Assembly (NCBI GenBank): GCA_963836185.1
Contig: CAWIIQ010000001.1
Span: 1,280,001 to 1,344,000, forward strand
DNA length: 64,000 nt
Direction: 5' to 3'
Origin: Candidatus Krumholzibacteriia bacterium
Lineage (GTDB): Bacteria; Krumholzibacteriota; Krumholzibacteriia; Krumholzibacteriales; Krumholzibacteriaceae
Below are positions 1-12,400 of this stretch, in pieces (the stretch's first letter is position 1; every line of letters begins with the position of its first letter). Under the pieces are notes generated by a model. It was not told the DNA's origin. It ran no database searches and worked only from the letters and a program-made list of their open reading frames with translations. Made by a program: the position numbers and the translations under genes.

Positions 1-97
1 GGCTACAACTCCGTCATATCGGTGGAATAGCAGCCGGCCTGATTTCGCCTGAATTCTTAACATCATGTAAATCGGAGGCTTACAGAGTGACAGAATG

Positions 98-126
98 TTG
101 CAATTTGCCCCGGTTTATGCTAATTT
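98..126 (+). promoter_or_regulatory. Possible sigma70-type promoter for the giant-gene operon
   Basis: TTGCAA-N17-TAATTT with an extended-10 TG, ~275 nt upstream of the ATG at 402. Confidence 0.3.
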
Positions 127-401
127 ATACTGAATCATCTGCTGTATTCTGCGCCGCGGAGCCCGGGCATGGAGAAGAGGCTTCCGTGGCGACGGTGGAT
201 AATCGGCCTGAAAAAAGCCGATGTATGGGCCGCTTGTGATGAAACATATTGCGGAAACAGCAGTTAGCGAGCCCCAAACATACCCCTGAGCCTGAAAAGG
301 GCACTGGTCAGGTATGTCCTCATACGGACTGATAAGCTTCATCTGGGCCGGTTCAAACGGTTCCGAATGTGGCATATACCTTGCCCCTGTATTGGTGAAT
401 C

Positions 402-3400
402 ATGTCCGGACCGATTAATAAGGCTTCCTCTGGAAGACCGGCGCATAAGCCGGGCAAAAGGGCCCTGAAGGGGCTTATGCTCGCAGTATGCCTCATTCCG
501 GGAATCCTCTTTTCCACGGCGGCATACGCTCAGCCGGGCAGCGGCACAGCCGCGATATTACCGGCGACAGATGTCGCGGCCGGATCCTCGGGGACCTGGA
601 CCGTCACCTATCAGGCCGCCACGAATTTTTCGACAGGGGTCGTAAGGCTGACAATACCGGCAGGCTGGACGACACCGCAGATATCCTTGAGCTCCTCCGC
701 GGGGTTTGTCACCGCGACAAGCCAGGGTGCACTTAACATCACTCCCATATCAATAGCGGGAAACAACATAACGGTCAATGTCGATACCTTGACAGCAGGC
801 GAAACGGTCACGATCGTTTATGGAGCTCCTGCCGGGCCGGCAGATGCCCAGACACTAACTCAGTCCGGCGTCGAGTTCACAGTCGGGTCCAACCCTCTCG
901 GTTCGTCGCCTTCTGATCTCACTGCCGGATCACCGACTCTGAACGTGGTGGCGGCGCCTGTCTCGAAACTTGTCTTCACTACTGCTGCCCAGACGGTAAA
1001 AGCTGGCGGAGAGAGCCAAGTCATGAGGGTCATGGCTTTCGACGAGTTCGACAATCCGTCACCGGTCGTTTCAGCCCAGGACGTTTCCCTGTCATCGACA
1101 TCGGGATCCGGGACCTTTTCGCATCTTCCCGCTGGAAGCTGGAGTGCGACGACTTCGGTCACGATATCGGCGGGAGAGGATACGGTCTCTTTCTATTACA
1201 GGGATACATTCCCTGGAGCCTACAATATCACCGCATCCGCGGACGGCCAGAGCTGGACCGATGCCCAGCAGACTGTAACGGTCGATCCGGGGGATGCGGC
1301 AAGCCTGGTCATCTCACCTGCTGATACGACGATCACGGCCGGAGAATTCGGCCGGTATATCCTTCGCACGATCGATATTATAGGGAACCCCAGCGCCCCT
1401 GCCGCGGATCAGACGATAACGCTGATCGCGGGCGGCGGCAGCTTCTATGACAAGGACGATCATGGTACGACCTTGACGGAGCTCGTGATCCCGTCGGGAT
1501 CGAGTGCGGCCGAGTTCGACTTCAGGCATACTATAAAGAATACCGGGGCCGGATACTTCCTCGTATTTCTCGACAATGACGGTGTCGCGCCTCTGCTCCA
1601 GTCGGACAACACTATAGTCTATATCGACAATGCGGCGGCTGATACGTCGGCCTCTTCAATCGAGACAGACGCGGCGACGGCCACCGCAGACGGTGTCGCT
1701 GAGATGGCTGTCACTGTGACGGTAAGGGATGAGTTCGGCAATCCCGTCCCAGGCGTCGCTGTAGTGCTTTCCATGACAGGTACGGGTAATGTGATCACAC
1801 AGCCTGGGGCAGTCACAGACGCGAGCGGTGTAGCGTCCGGATCGGTAAGATCGACAGTAGCCGAAGCCAAGAATATCCGCGCAACTGCGGATGGAACATA
1901 TCTCGAGGATATCATCCTGGTAACATTCACTGCCGGTCCTCTGGACCTTGCGGTATCGACGATAGGGGCTGTACCGCTGACGGTACCGGCGAACGGGACG
2001 GATATAACGACGGTGACTGTGACGGCCCGCGACGCCCAGGGGAACGCGGTGCCCGGGGCGGCTGTTGTGCTTGCGGCTACCGGCAGTGGCAACACGATAA
2101 CGCAGCCTGCGGTAGTGACGGACGCACTTGGGACAGCGACCGGGACGATATCGTCGACGGTGGCGGGGCTCAAGACAGTAAGCGCTACGATAAACGGATC
2201 GGCGCTGACGCCGACGGTGGATGTAGATTTTATAACGGGCACGTTCAGTCTGACAGAGTCCGAGATATCAGGGGACAAGTCTCTGGTGACAGCGGACGGA
2301 TCAGATGAGCTGACGGTGACGGTGACGGTAAGGGATGGAGAGGGGAACCCTGTAGCGGGTGCGGCGGTGACGCTGGAGGCGACCGGCACTGGCAATACGA
2401 TAACGGATCCTGGTCCTGTGACCGGAGTCGACGGGATAGCGACCGGGACGATATCGTCGACGGTGGCGGAGCAGAAGGTAGTGCGTGCTCTGATAGAGGG
2501 CTCGCAGATGGTCGACACTCTTGTCGTCGACTGGGAACACGGTCCTCTGGACCTTGCGGTATCGACGATAGGGGCTGTACCGCTGACGGTACCGGCGAAC
2601 GGGACGGATATAACGACGGTGACTGTGACGGCCCGCGACGCCCAGGGGAACGCGGTGCCCGGGGCGGCTGTTGTGCTTGCGGCTACCGGCAGTGGCAACA
2701 CGATAACGCAGCCTGCGGTAGTGACGGACGCACTTGGGACAGCGACCGGGACGATATCGTCGACGGTGGCGGGGCTCAAGACAGTAAGCGCTACGATAAA
2801 CGGATCGGCGCTGACGCCGACGGTGGATGTAGATTTTATAACGGGCACGTTCAGTCTGACAGAGTCCGAGATATCAGGGGACAAGTCTCTGGTGACAGCG
2901 GACGGATCAGATGAGCTGACGGTGACGGTGACGGTAAGGGATGGAGAGGGGAACCCTGTAGCGGGTGCGGCGGTGACGCTGGAGGCGACCGGCACTGGCA
3001 ATACGATAACGGATCCTGGTCCTGTGACCGGAGTCGACGGGATAGCGACCGGGACGATATCGTCGACGGTGGCGGAGCAGAAGGTAGTGCGTGCTCTGAT
3101 AGAGGGCTCGCAGATGGTCGACACTCTTGTCGTCGACTGGGAACACGGTCCTCTGGACCTTGCGGTATCGACGATAGGGGCTGTACCGCTGACGGTACCG
3201 GCGAACGGGACGGATATAACGACGGTGACTGTGACGGCCCGCGACGCCCAGGGGAACGCGGTGCCCGGGGCGGCTGTTGTGCTTGCGGCTACCGGCAGTG
3301 GCAACACGATAACGCAGCCTGCGGTAGTGACGGACGCACTTGGGACAGCGACCGGGACGATATCGTCGACGGTGGCGGGGCTCAAGACAGTAAGCGCTAC

Positions 3401-6400
3401 GATAAACGGATCGGCGCTGACGCCGACGGTGGATGTAGATTTTATAACGGGCACGTTCAGTCTGACAGAGTCCGAGATATCAGGGGACAAGTCTCTGGTG
3501 ACAGCGGACGGATCAGATGAGCTGACGGTGACGGTGACGGTAAGGGATGGAGAGGGGAACCCTGTAGCGGGTGCGGCGGTGACGCTGGAGGCGACCGGCA
3601 CTGGCAATACGATAACGGATCCTGGTCCTGTGACCGGAGTCGACGGGATAGCGACCGGGACGATATCGTCGACGGTGGCGGAGCAGAAGGTAGTGCGTGC
3701 TCTGATAGAGGGCTCGCAGATGGTCGACACTCTTGTCGTCGACTGGGAACACGGTCCTCTGGACCTTGCGGTATCGACGATAGGGGCTGTACCGCTGACG
3801 GTACCGGCGAACGGGACGGATATAACGACGGTGACTGTGACGGCCCGCGACGCCCAGGGGAACGCGGTGCCCGGGGCGGCTGTTGTGCTTGCGGCTACCG
3901 GCAGTGGCAACACGATAACGCAGCCTGCGGTAGTGACGGACGCACTTGGGACAGCGACCGGGACGATATCGTCGACGGTGGCGGGGCTCAAGACAGTAAG
4001 CGCTACGATAAACGGATCGGCGCTGACGCCGACGGTGGATGTAGATTTTATAACGGGCACGTTCAGTCTGACAGAGTCCGAGATATCAGGGGACAAGTCT
4101 CTGGTGACAGCGGACGGATCAGATGAGCTGACGGTGACGGTGACGGTAAGGGATGGAGAGGGGAACCCTGTAGCGGGTGCGGCGGTGACGCTGGAGGCGA
4201 CCGGCACTGGCAATACGATAACGGATCCTGGTCCTGTGACCGGAGTCGACGGGATAGCGACCGGGACGATATCGTCGACGGTGGCGGAGCAGAAGGTAGT
4301 GCGTGCTCTGATAGAGGGCTCGCAGATGGTCGACACTCTTGTCGTCGACTGGGAACACGGTCCTCTGGACCTTGCGGTATCGACGATAGGGGCTGTACCG
4401 CTGACGGTACCGGCGAACGGGACGGATATAACGACGGTGACTGTGACGGCCCGCGACGCCCAGGGGAACGCGGTGCCCGGGGCGGCTGTTGTGCTTGCGG
4501 CTACCGGCAGTGGCAACACGATAACGCAGCCTGCGGTAGTGACGGACGCACTTGGGACAGCGACCGGGACGATATCGTCGACGGTGGCGGGGCTCAAGAC
4601 AGTAAGCGCTACGATAAACGGATCGGCGCTGACGCCGACGGTGGATGTAGATTTTATAACGGGCACGTTCAGTCTGACAGAGTCCGAGATATCAGGGGAC
4701 AAGTCTCTGGTGACAGCGGACGGATCAGATGAGCTGACGGTGACGGTGACGGTAAGGGATGGAGAGGGGAACCCTGTAGCGGGTGCGGCGGTGACGCTGG
4801 AGGCGACCGGCACTGGCAATACGATAACGGATCCTGGTCCTGTGACCGGAGTCGACGGGATAGCGACCGGGACGATATCGTCGACGGTGGCGGAGCAGAA
4901 GGTAGTGCGTGCTCTGATAGAGGGCTCGCAGATGGTCGACACTCTTGTCGTCGACTGGGAACACGGTCCTCTGGACCTTGCGGTATCGACGATAGGGGCT
5001 GTACCGCTGACGGTACCGGCGAACGGGACGGATATAACGACGGTGACTGTGACGGCCCGCGACGCCCAGGGGAACGCGGTGCCCGGGGCGGCTGTTGTGC
5101 TTGCGGCTACCGGCAGTGGCAACACGATAACGCAGCCTGCGGTAGTGACGGACGCACTTGGGACAGCGACCGGGACGATATCGTCGACGGTGGCGGGGCT
5201 CAAGACAGTAAGCGCTACGATAAACGGATCGGCGCTGACGCCGACGGTGGATGTAGATTTTATAACGGGCACGTTCAGTCTGACAGAGTCCGAGATATCA
5301 GGGGACAAGTCTCTGGTGACAGCGGACGGATCAGATGAGCTGACGGTGACGGTGACGGTAAGGGATGGAGAGGGGAACCCTGTAGCGGGTGCGGCGGTGA
5401 CGCTGGAGGCGACCGGCACTGGCAATACGATAACGGATCCTGGTCCTGTGACCGGAGTCGACGGGATAGCGACCGGGACGATATCGTCGACGGTGGCGGA
5501 GCAGAAGGTAGTGCGTGCTCTGATAGAGGGCTCGCAGATGGTCGACACTCTTGTCGTCGACTGGGAACACGGTCCTCTGGACCTTGCGGTATCGACGATA
5601 GGGGCTGTACCGCTGACGGTACCGGCGAACGGGACGGATATAACGACGGTGACTGTGACGGCCCGCGACGCCCAGGGGAACGCGGTGCCCGGGGCGGCTG
5701 TTGTGCTTGCGGCTACCGGCAGTGGCAACACGATAACGCAGCCTGCGGTAGTGACGGACGCACTTGGGACAGCGACCGGGACGATATCGTCGACGGTGGC
5801 GGGGCTCAAGACAGTAAGCGCTACGATAAACGGATCGGCGCTGACGCCGACGGTGGATGTAGATTTTCTGACAGGATCGTTTGACATCGCTCTCTCCTTT
5901 ATGGATGGAGACAAGAACGAGGTCACGGCCGACGACGTGGACGCGCTGGGTGTTACTGTCATGGTGCGTGACCAGTATGACAATCCTGTGGTGGGAGCAG
6001 CCGTGACGCTGGAGGCGACCGGCACTGCCAATACAATAGTACAGCCTGTAGGTGGGACAGACATCGACGGGAAAGCGGATGGGACCATCAGTTCCACATT
6101 CGCCGAACGGAAGGTAATAAGGGCCCGTATCGGGACCGTGCAGATAACAGATACGCTGGTGGTCGACTGGGTGCCCGGGCCCGTGGACCTCGATCGCTCC
6201 CAGATATTCTCCGATGTGGACACTGTGACAGCCGATGGATCGGACAACTGCCGCATAACGGTAGTCGTCCGGGACGCGAATGACAATCCGATCGGCGGCG
6301 CCTCAGTAAATCTCCAGGCGGACGATACGGGCGGCAACAATACATACTTCCAGCCGGTCGACGACTCGAACGAATTTGGTATCGCGGTCGGATGGATCAG

Positions 6401-9400
6401 CTCGACCTACGCTGAGATAAAGACTGTAAGTGCTACAATAAATGGCTTTACGATGAGCGGCACGCGTGATGTCGCATTCGTGGCCGGAGAGCCGGACAGG
6501 TTTGTAATAACCCATGATGGATCGGGGACCGCGGGCGCTCCGGAAGAGATCTCGATCGAGATATTCGACGCGAATGACAATACCGTCGACTGGTTCGACG
6601 ATATCATACGTGTCTATACGGACAGTCCCGAGATAACGGATATGATCGACTGGGCCCTCGGCCCTGGAGCTTCGGGCAGTATAAGTGAGTCCGGGGATAC
6701 GGTCAGTTACGACTTCTCCGTGGCAGACAATGGAAGGGTAGTGCTGGGATTCCGTGATGAGAAGGCTGAGACTGTCTATTTCACTGCCAGGTACGGTTCC
6801 GTGATCGATCAGTCGGTGCTGTCGATGACGATCGCTCCCGCCCAAGCGGACAGCATCTTCATCATCGCGGGGAACGGTCAGCGTGCCGTTGTCGATCAGG
6901 CTGTGGCGCAGCCGCTGACAGTCGGCGTCGAGGACGCGTTCGGTAACCGGGTACCATCCCATGCCGTCAGGTTCCATGTCACAGCCGGCGCCGGTATGAT
7001 CGATGTCGATACTTCCTCACCGCCCGACGATCAGGAATGGACAGTGACCGATGGCGCGGGAGTCGCCGTATGTGATTCGTGGATACTCGGAACGGTAAGC
7101 GGGGAAGGCTCGGATGAAGCAAGCGCCTCGATCCCGTTCGGTTCGACCGATGAAGTGTTTTTTACCGCGACGACCGATCATGATGAACTGGCATCGGTAG
7201 TACTGGCCCCGGCTGTCGCCGGTGTCACGGTCAACAGCAACCTGATCGTGACCGCTACGATGAGGGATCAGTTTAACAACCTCGTTGTCGGCGAAAACCT
7301 CACGATCTTCATAAAGGATGCCGCTGACGGTACCCTCTCGGAAGATACGGGAAACGCGAATGCGACAGTTCCTCTGGGACCCGGTATCCGTTCCGGATCG
7401 AGCGATTCCACCGGAACAGTCACAGTCCAGTACAATTCGCCGGCTGCCGCGGGACTTTCGGACATCGTCGACGCTTCTCATGCCGTGTTGACAGCGGACC
7501 AGATAGCCGATGCTGTATACACCTCCGTCGCCAGTGGAGCTACCAAGCTTATTGTGACCGATATCACCGGCCAGCCCTCACAGGCGGGGACCGTATTCTC
7601 TTTCAGAGTGAGAGCGGTCGACAGCAACGACAACCTCGATCCGACAAATACAAGCCATATAGTGCTTGTACCCGAGGCTGGAGGAGGACTGATATTCAGC
7701 TCCGATATCGGATTAGTCCCGGCGATCACAGAAATCGATCTCATCAATGGCGAGTACCTCCTCTACGCAATGGGCACGGCCACCGGTGACTGGAACATCG
7801 ATGTGATAGATTCTCCTTCGAGCCTTACCGATGCGGCTTTCACGGCGTCAATTACGGCCAACGATAATGTCCATCACTATGCGATAACAGCGCCTGCTGT
7901 TGCGACGGCAGGTATCGATTTCCCTGTATCCCTCGAGGCGAGGGACGAATGGAACAACCTCGTTACAACGGCAAATTATGATATCGACCTTCGCGCAGTG
8001 CAGCCTGTTGACACTGCAGCAGCCGCGGGCGCGGCACTGAATATTACCGCCGGCGCTATCAGCAACGGCCGCTTCTCTGAAGATAATCTCAGGTATGACC
8101 TCGCCGAACCGATCAGGGTGGAGATCAGAGATGACAGCACCTCGGTCGTCGGCGTCAGCGGGGTCGTCGATATCGGTCACGCTCCCGCGTGGCAGATAGT
8201 GGAGGTCTCTGGAGATACGACAGGAGTGGCTGCCGGGAGCCTTGTACTGCTCAGCATGAGAGTTCTCGACAGTTTCGGCAACCCGGTGGGGGGTGAGACG
8301 GTCTCATTCAGCATACTGGAAGGCGGAGGCGGTCTCGGCGCGCTGCAGGGTGTGACCGGCGTGGACGGAATGACATCTGTCTCATACACGACTGGAGTGA
8401 TCGCGGGAACGAACAGGGTAAGGGCAGCGATACTCGATGGAAATCCCGAAGGTCTCGAGACGCGTGAATTCGTCATAGAGACTGTTCCCCAGGGAGCCAT
8501 CGCGTATGTACTCCTCGATATCACGGGAGACACTTTCGAGGCTGGTGAAGAGTTCACCGTCCACGTCACTGCTTACGATCTGAACAACAATCCCATAACC
8601 ACGGATAACTCTACCAGGCTCATACCAGTCGCCCAGACTCTCTCTGTAGTTTTCAATCCCGATACGTTGCAGCTCTCGTCAGGCGAGGCTTCGTTCACGG
8701 CAACGGATACTGTGATGGGTACGAACAGGATATTCATCGAAGAGCTTTCGGGGGTGACGCGCGGAGGGAGCAGTGACCTGACTATTACGGCGGGACCCGC
8801 GTACGAGCTCGTCAAGGTAAGCGGGGATACGACTGGTGTTATCTCGGGAGACACGACAGAGGTGCTGGTCCGGGTGGCCGATATGTACGGCAACCCTGTG
8901 CAGAACGAGACGGTGAGATTCCTGATAACGAGTAATCTCGGCGGCAGCCCGTCACTGATCGATGAAACAGGTGCCCCCGGTGATGGCCTTGTGCTCAGCG
9001 CAGCGAACGGCACGGCCGCGTGCAGGCTTGTTACTGACACGAATTACGGCACGAACAATGTGCTGACCACGATACTTGATGGAACACCGGAAAGGGAGAC
9101 TGCTACCTTCGATGTAGAGACTACCGCAGGCACCATCCAAAGATACACGTTGGTACCGGTCGGAACGATCCATACCGCCGGAGAGAGCTTCGACGTTGAG
9201 ATAACCGGCTATGACCTCAATGACAATGTCGCTGAAGGCGATTTTACGACCGTTGTAGATCTCGGGAGCGATGGAACAGCCGTGTGGGCGGAGAATCCTG
9301 TGACCCTGAACAACGGAAGGTACACCGTCAGCGTCTCGGAAAACGCCGCGGGTCCGCTTGTCCTGCATGCTGAGACCCAGGGCGGAGGAGCGCTCAGTAA

Positions 9401-12400
9401 CAGCGAGACGATCATGATCGTTCCGGAGCTTCCTTCAGGAGACATATGGATCGCCTCGATCAATCCCGATACGATCACTGCGGATGGAATGAGCCAGTCG
9501 GCGATCGAGACTGAGCCAGTATTCGATATCTACGGAAACGTCGTGCCCGAGAGGACTCTGGTAACTGTTTCGACTACCGGCGGCTCCGTAGCAAGCGAGG
9601 ATCTCGATCTGACAGAGCCCGGTGTCCAGAGAGAGACGGCCCAGAACGGGGTAGTTTCAGTCTTCGTCAGGTCCGGGATCACGCCGGGAGATTACGATGT
9701 AGATTTTGCCAGCGTTGAGGGATCTGCGACGGGTGACACAGTACTGACTTTCGCGCCTCCCCCCGCTGTGGCCTACGCCGATTCGATATATCCGATCTAC
9801 GCGGTGCCTGGATCGGACCTCCACTTCAGCGTCCGCATGACAAACACGAGCCCTACCAGGGTTCTCCTCGGCGCTGCGAGCAAGATCTCGTTCAGTGACG
9901 GAATCGGACATGAATTCGAAGCTGAACTGGGTTCCAGTCTCAGCCTCAACAGACTTGAGACGGCTGACCTGATATTTACCGAGACCACGATGCACCCGAT
10001 GTTCGAACCGGGAACATATTCACCGAGGATCTCACTGATCGGTACCGATGAATACGGATCGGCCTACACGGCGGGATTCGATGCCGGTGCCAACTCAGTG
10101 AGTGTATCTAGTATCGAGATCAGCAGTATCCTGCCCCTCAAGACCGTTGTGAGCAGGGGGGATACCGCAATAGTCAACGTGAACATCACTAATACAGGCG
10201 GAGCGGTAGTAAGGATACAGGAGATAGATCTTCTGTTCGCGTCCGGAAGTTATCTCGCTTTGCCCGATTCTACTTTCCCGGAACTGCCCGATACTCTGCC
10301 CGCCGGACTCAGCAGGACATATGCTCTAAAGACGATTGTGCTGCCGAACTGCCCGCTCGGTGTGGATACGATCGATGCCCAGGTGACCGCACGGGTCAAC
10401 GGCTATGAAGTCACAGACCTGACTGCTGATCATAACGTAGCGACCTGGACGGTCCAGTCCTCCGCTCTTATCTCTTATGAAGCTGGTACGCTCGCTCCGA
10501 TGGTCGTCTCTTCGGGGCAGGCTCATTCGTTCACTCTCGATCTCCTGAACTCTGGAGAAGCCGCGGTGATCCTCGATGCCGGCCTGACCACGTTATCATT
10601 TAACGATGGAACGGAGACATACGCTGTTGCTCTCGCCTCAGAAGGAGCGCTGCCGGGCGGAGCGGTCTCCGACCTGATATTCCCAGAGACCTCGATACCC
10701 GCCGGGATGAGTGCGGGAGCCTGGGAGGTGACCGTGGTGCTGAGCGGGACCGAGAACGGCGGCGAGTTCGATACCTCGTTCGTGCTGAGCGATCCGGTGA
10801 CGGTCGTAAGCCCGGCTGCTGTCAGTTATAACACCTCGTCACTCTCACCCTCGACCGTGAGCAAGAACAGCTCGGTGGCGTTCGAGGTCGGAATAAACAA
10901 CACCGGGGGCGCGGATGTCTTTCTCGATCCGGCTGCCACGACTTTCGAACTGGATGATGGCGCTACGACTTACATTGCTTATCTGGACGGCGCACGGAAT
11001 AATCTGCTGGCGCCAGGCGAAAATACGATATGGTTTGAAGCTGTCACGATCCCGCCAGGGTTTATTACAAACAGTTACACGCCGGTCATAGAACTGTCCG
11101 GTACGGAGAACGGCCTGCCATTCGCCGCGCAGCCTCCCGTTTCCGATGCGGTCTCTGTGCAGGATGCCTCGCAGCTTGCAATAAACAGCACCGAGATCTT
11201 ACTGACTGACCTGTTCACTGCTGACCAGACCGGATTCAGGATTGCTCAGATAAGGGTCGCCAACAATGGAGAAGCTGAGGTCAGGCTGGACAGCCTCGAT
11301 GTCAGGTTCTACATCGGCGGGAGCGAAGTCACTGGCGAGTATGTGTTGAGTCCCCTGCCGGATGTGGCGGGGATCCAGGTGCCCGGCGGAGCTGACACTC
11401 TCGTAAGGATGATGTTCGAAGATGGCGCCGGACCTGCGACGACAGGGACCGTGACTGTCGAGTCGTCCCTGTGGGGAACGGATCTCAACAGCATGGGTGA
11501 GCTGGAAGTGACGACTGAATACGGCGGCAAGGGGAGCTTCACAGTTCAGACACCCTCGGTCCTGGCAGTCGACCATGTCATCGCTTCGGTGACAGAGGCG
11601 ACGGCCGGCCAGGACAGGGACTGGGTTGTCGATGTGATAGTACGAAATGACGGGGAGTCAGACCTTGATCTGAATCTGGCAGCGACTGCCCTTACATTCT
11701 CGACTTCCGGTGATTTCACCGTCATCCCGCCGGCGGAGCTGGCAGGGGGCGGGATCACGCTCGAGGGAGAATCGTCCGATACATTGAGTTTTATTGTGGA
11801 TATTACAGGCTCAGTTTCCGGCAACTGCAGTGTGAACATGACTGCAAATGGAACTGAGATAAACTCAGCCAGGAATCTCGGTCCGGTCAGCGCCGACCCG
11901 GCTGACGCCGCTTCAGTGGATATCCAGGGTGAAGCGCTGCTGCAGGTCGTGTCCGTTACGGCTCTTCAGGATCCCGTGACTGTCGGCCAGTCTAACGAAT
12001 GGTCGATCGATATGGTCGTCATCAATGGCGGCGGATCGAGCGTGACGCTCGACCTCGACAGTTTCGATTCGACGTTTGTCGCGGTAGATGGAGGGATTGG
12101 TTTTGCCTTCACGCGGCCGACCGAGATACTCGAGGGAGGCCTGTCTCTCGAGGCGGGGGAGACGGGGACTCTGAGGTTTATTGTAAATACGACTGGATCG
12201 GTGCCTGCCGGAGCTACGGCACTCTCAGGAAGCATCATCGGCACCGAGGACAACAGCGGCTCCAGGGTATACGACGGGATAACAGGTCCTGTGGGAATCA
12301 ACTCGATGCTCTTTGAGGAGCGTCCCGTTCCTCAGTACACCCTCGACAGCCTCACTCCGACTGTAGCGAGCACGGGCTCGGATATCGGTATCCAGTTAGG

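Noticed and set aside
115-375. 86-aa minus-strand ORF upstream of the giant gene
   Set aside because: No recognisable motif or RBS; lies in the probable leader region
1935-5867. Tandem array as a CRISPR array or diversity-generating retroelement
   Set aside because: Units are 606 bp, in frame, with no spacers or adenine-specific variation, and there is no cas or reverse transcriptase gene in the window
1619-6340. 1573-aa antisense ORF and six identical 79-aa antisense ORFs
   Set aside because: Shadows of the repeat array on the opposite strand: a stop-free unit repeated 6.5 times, with no RBS, signal or domain motifs
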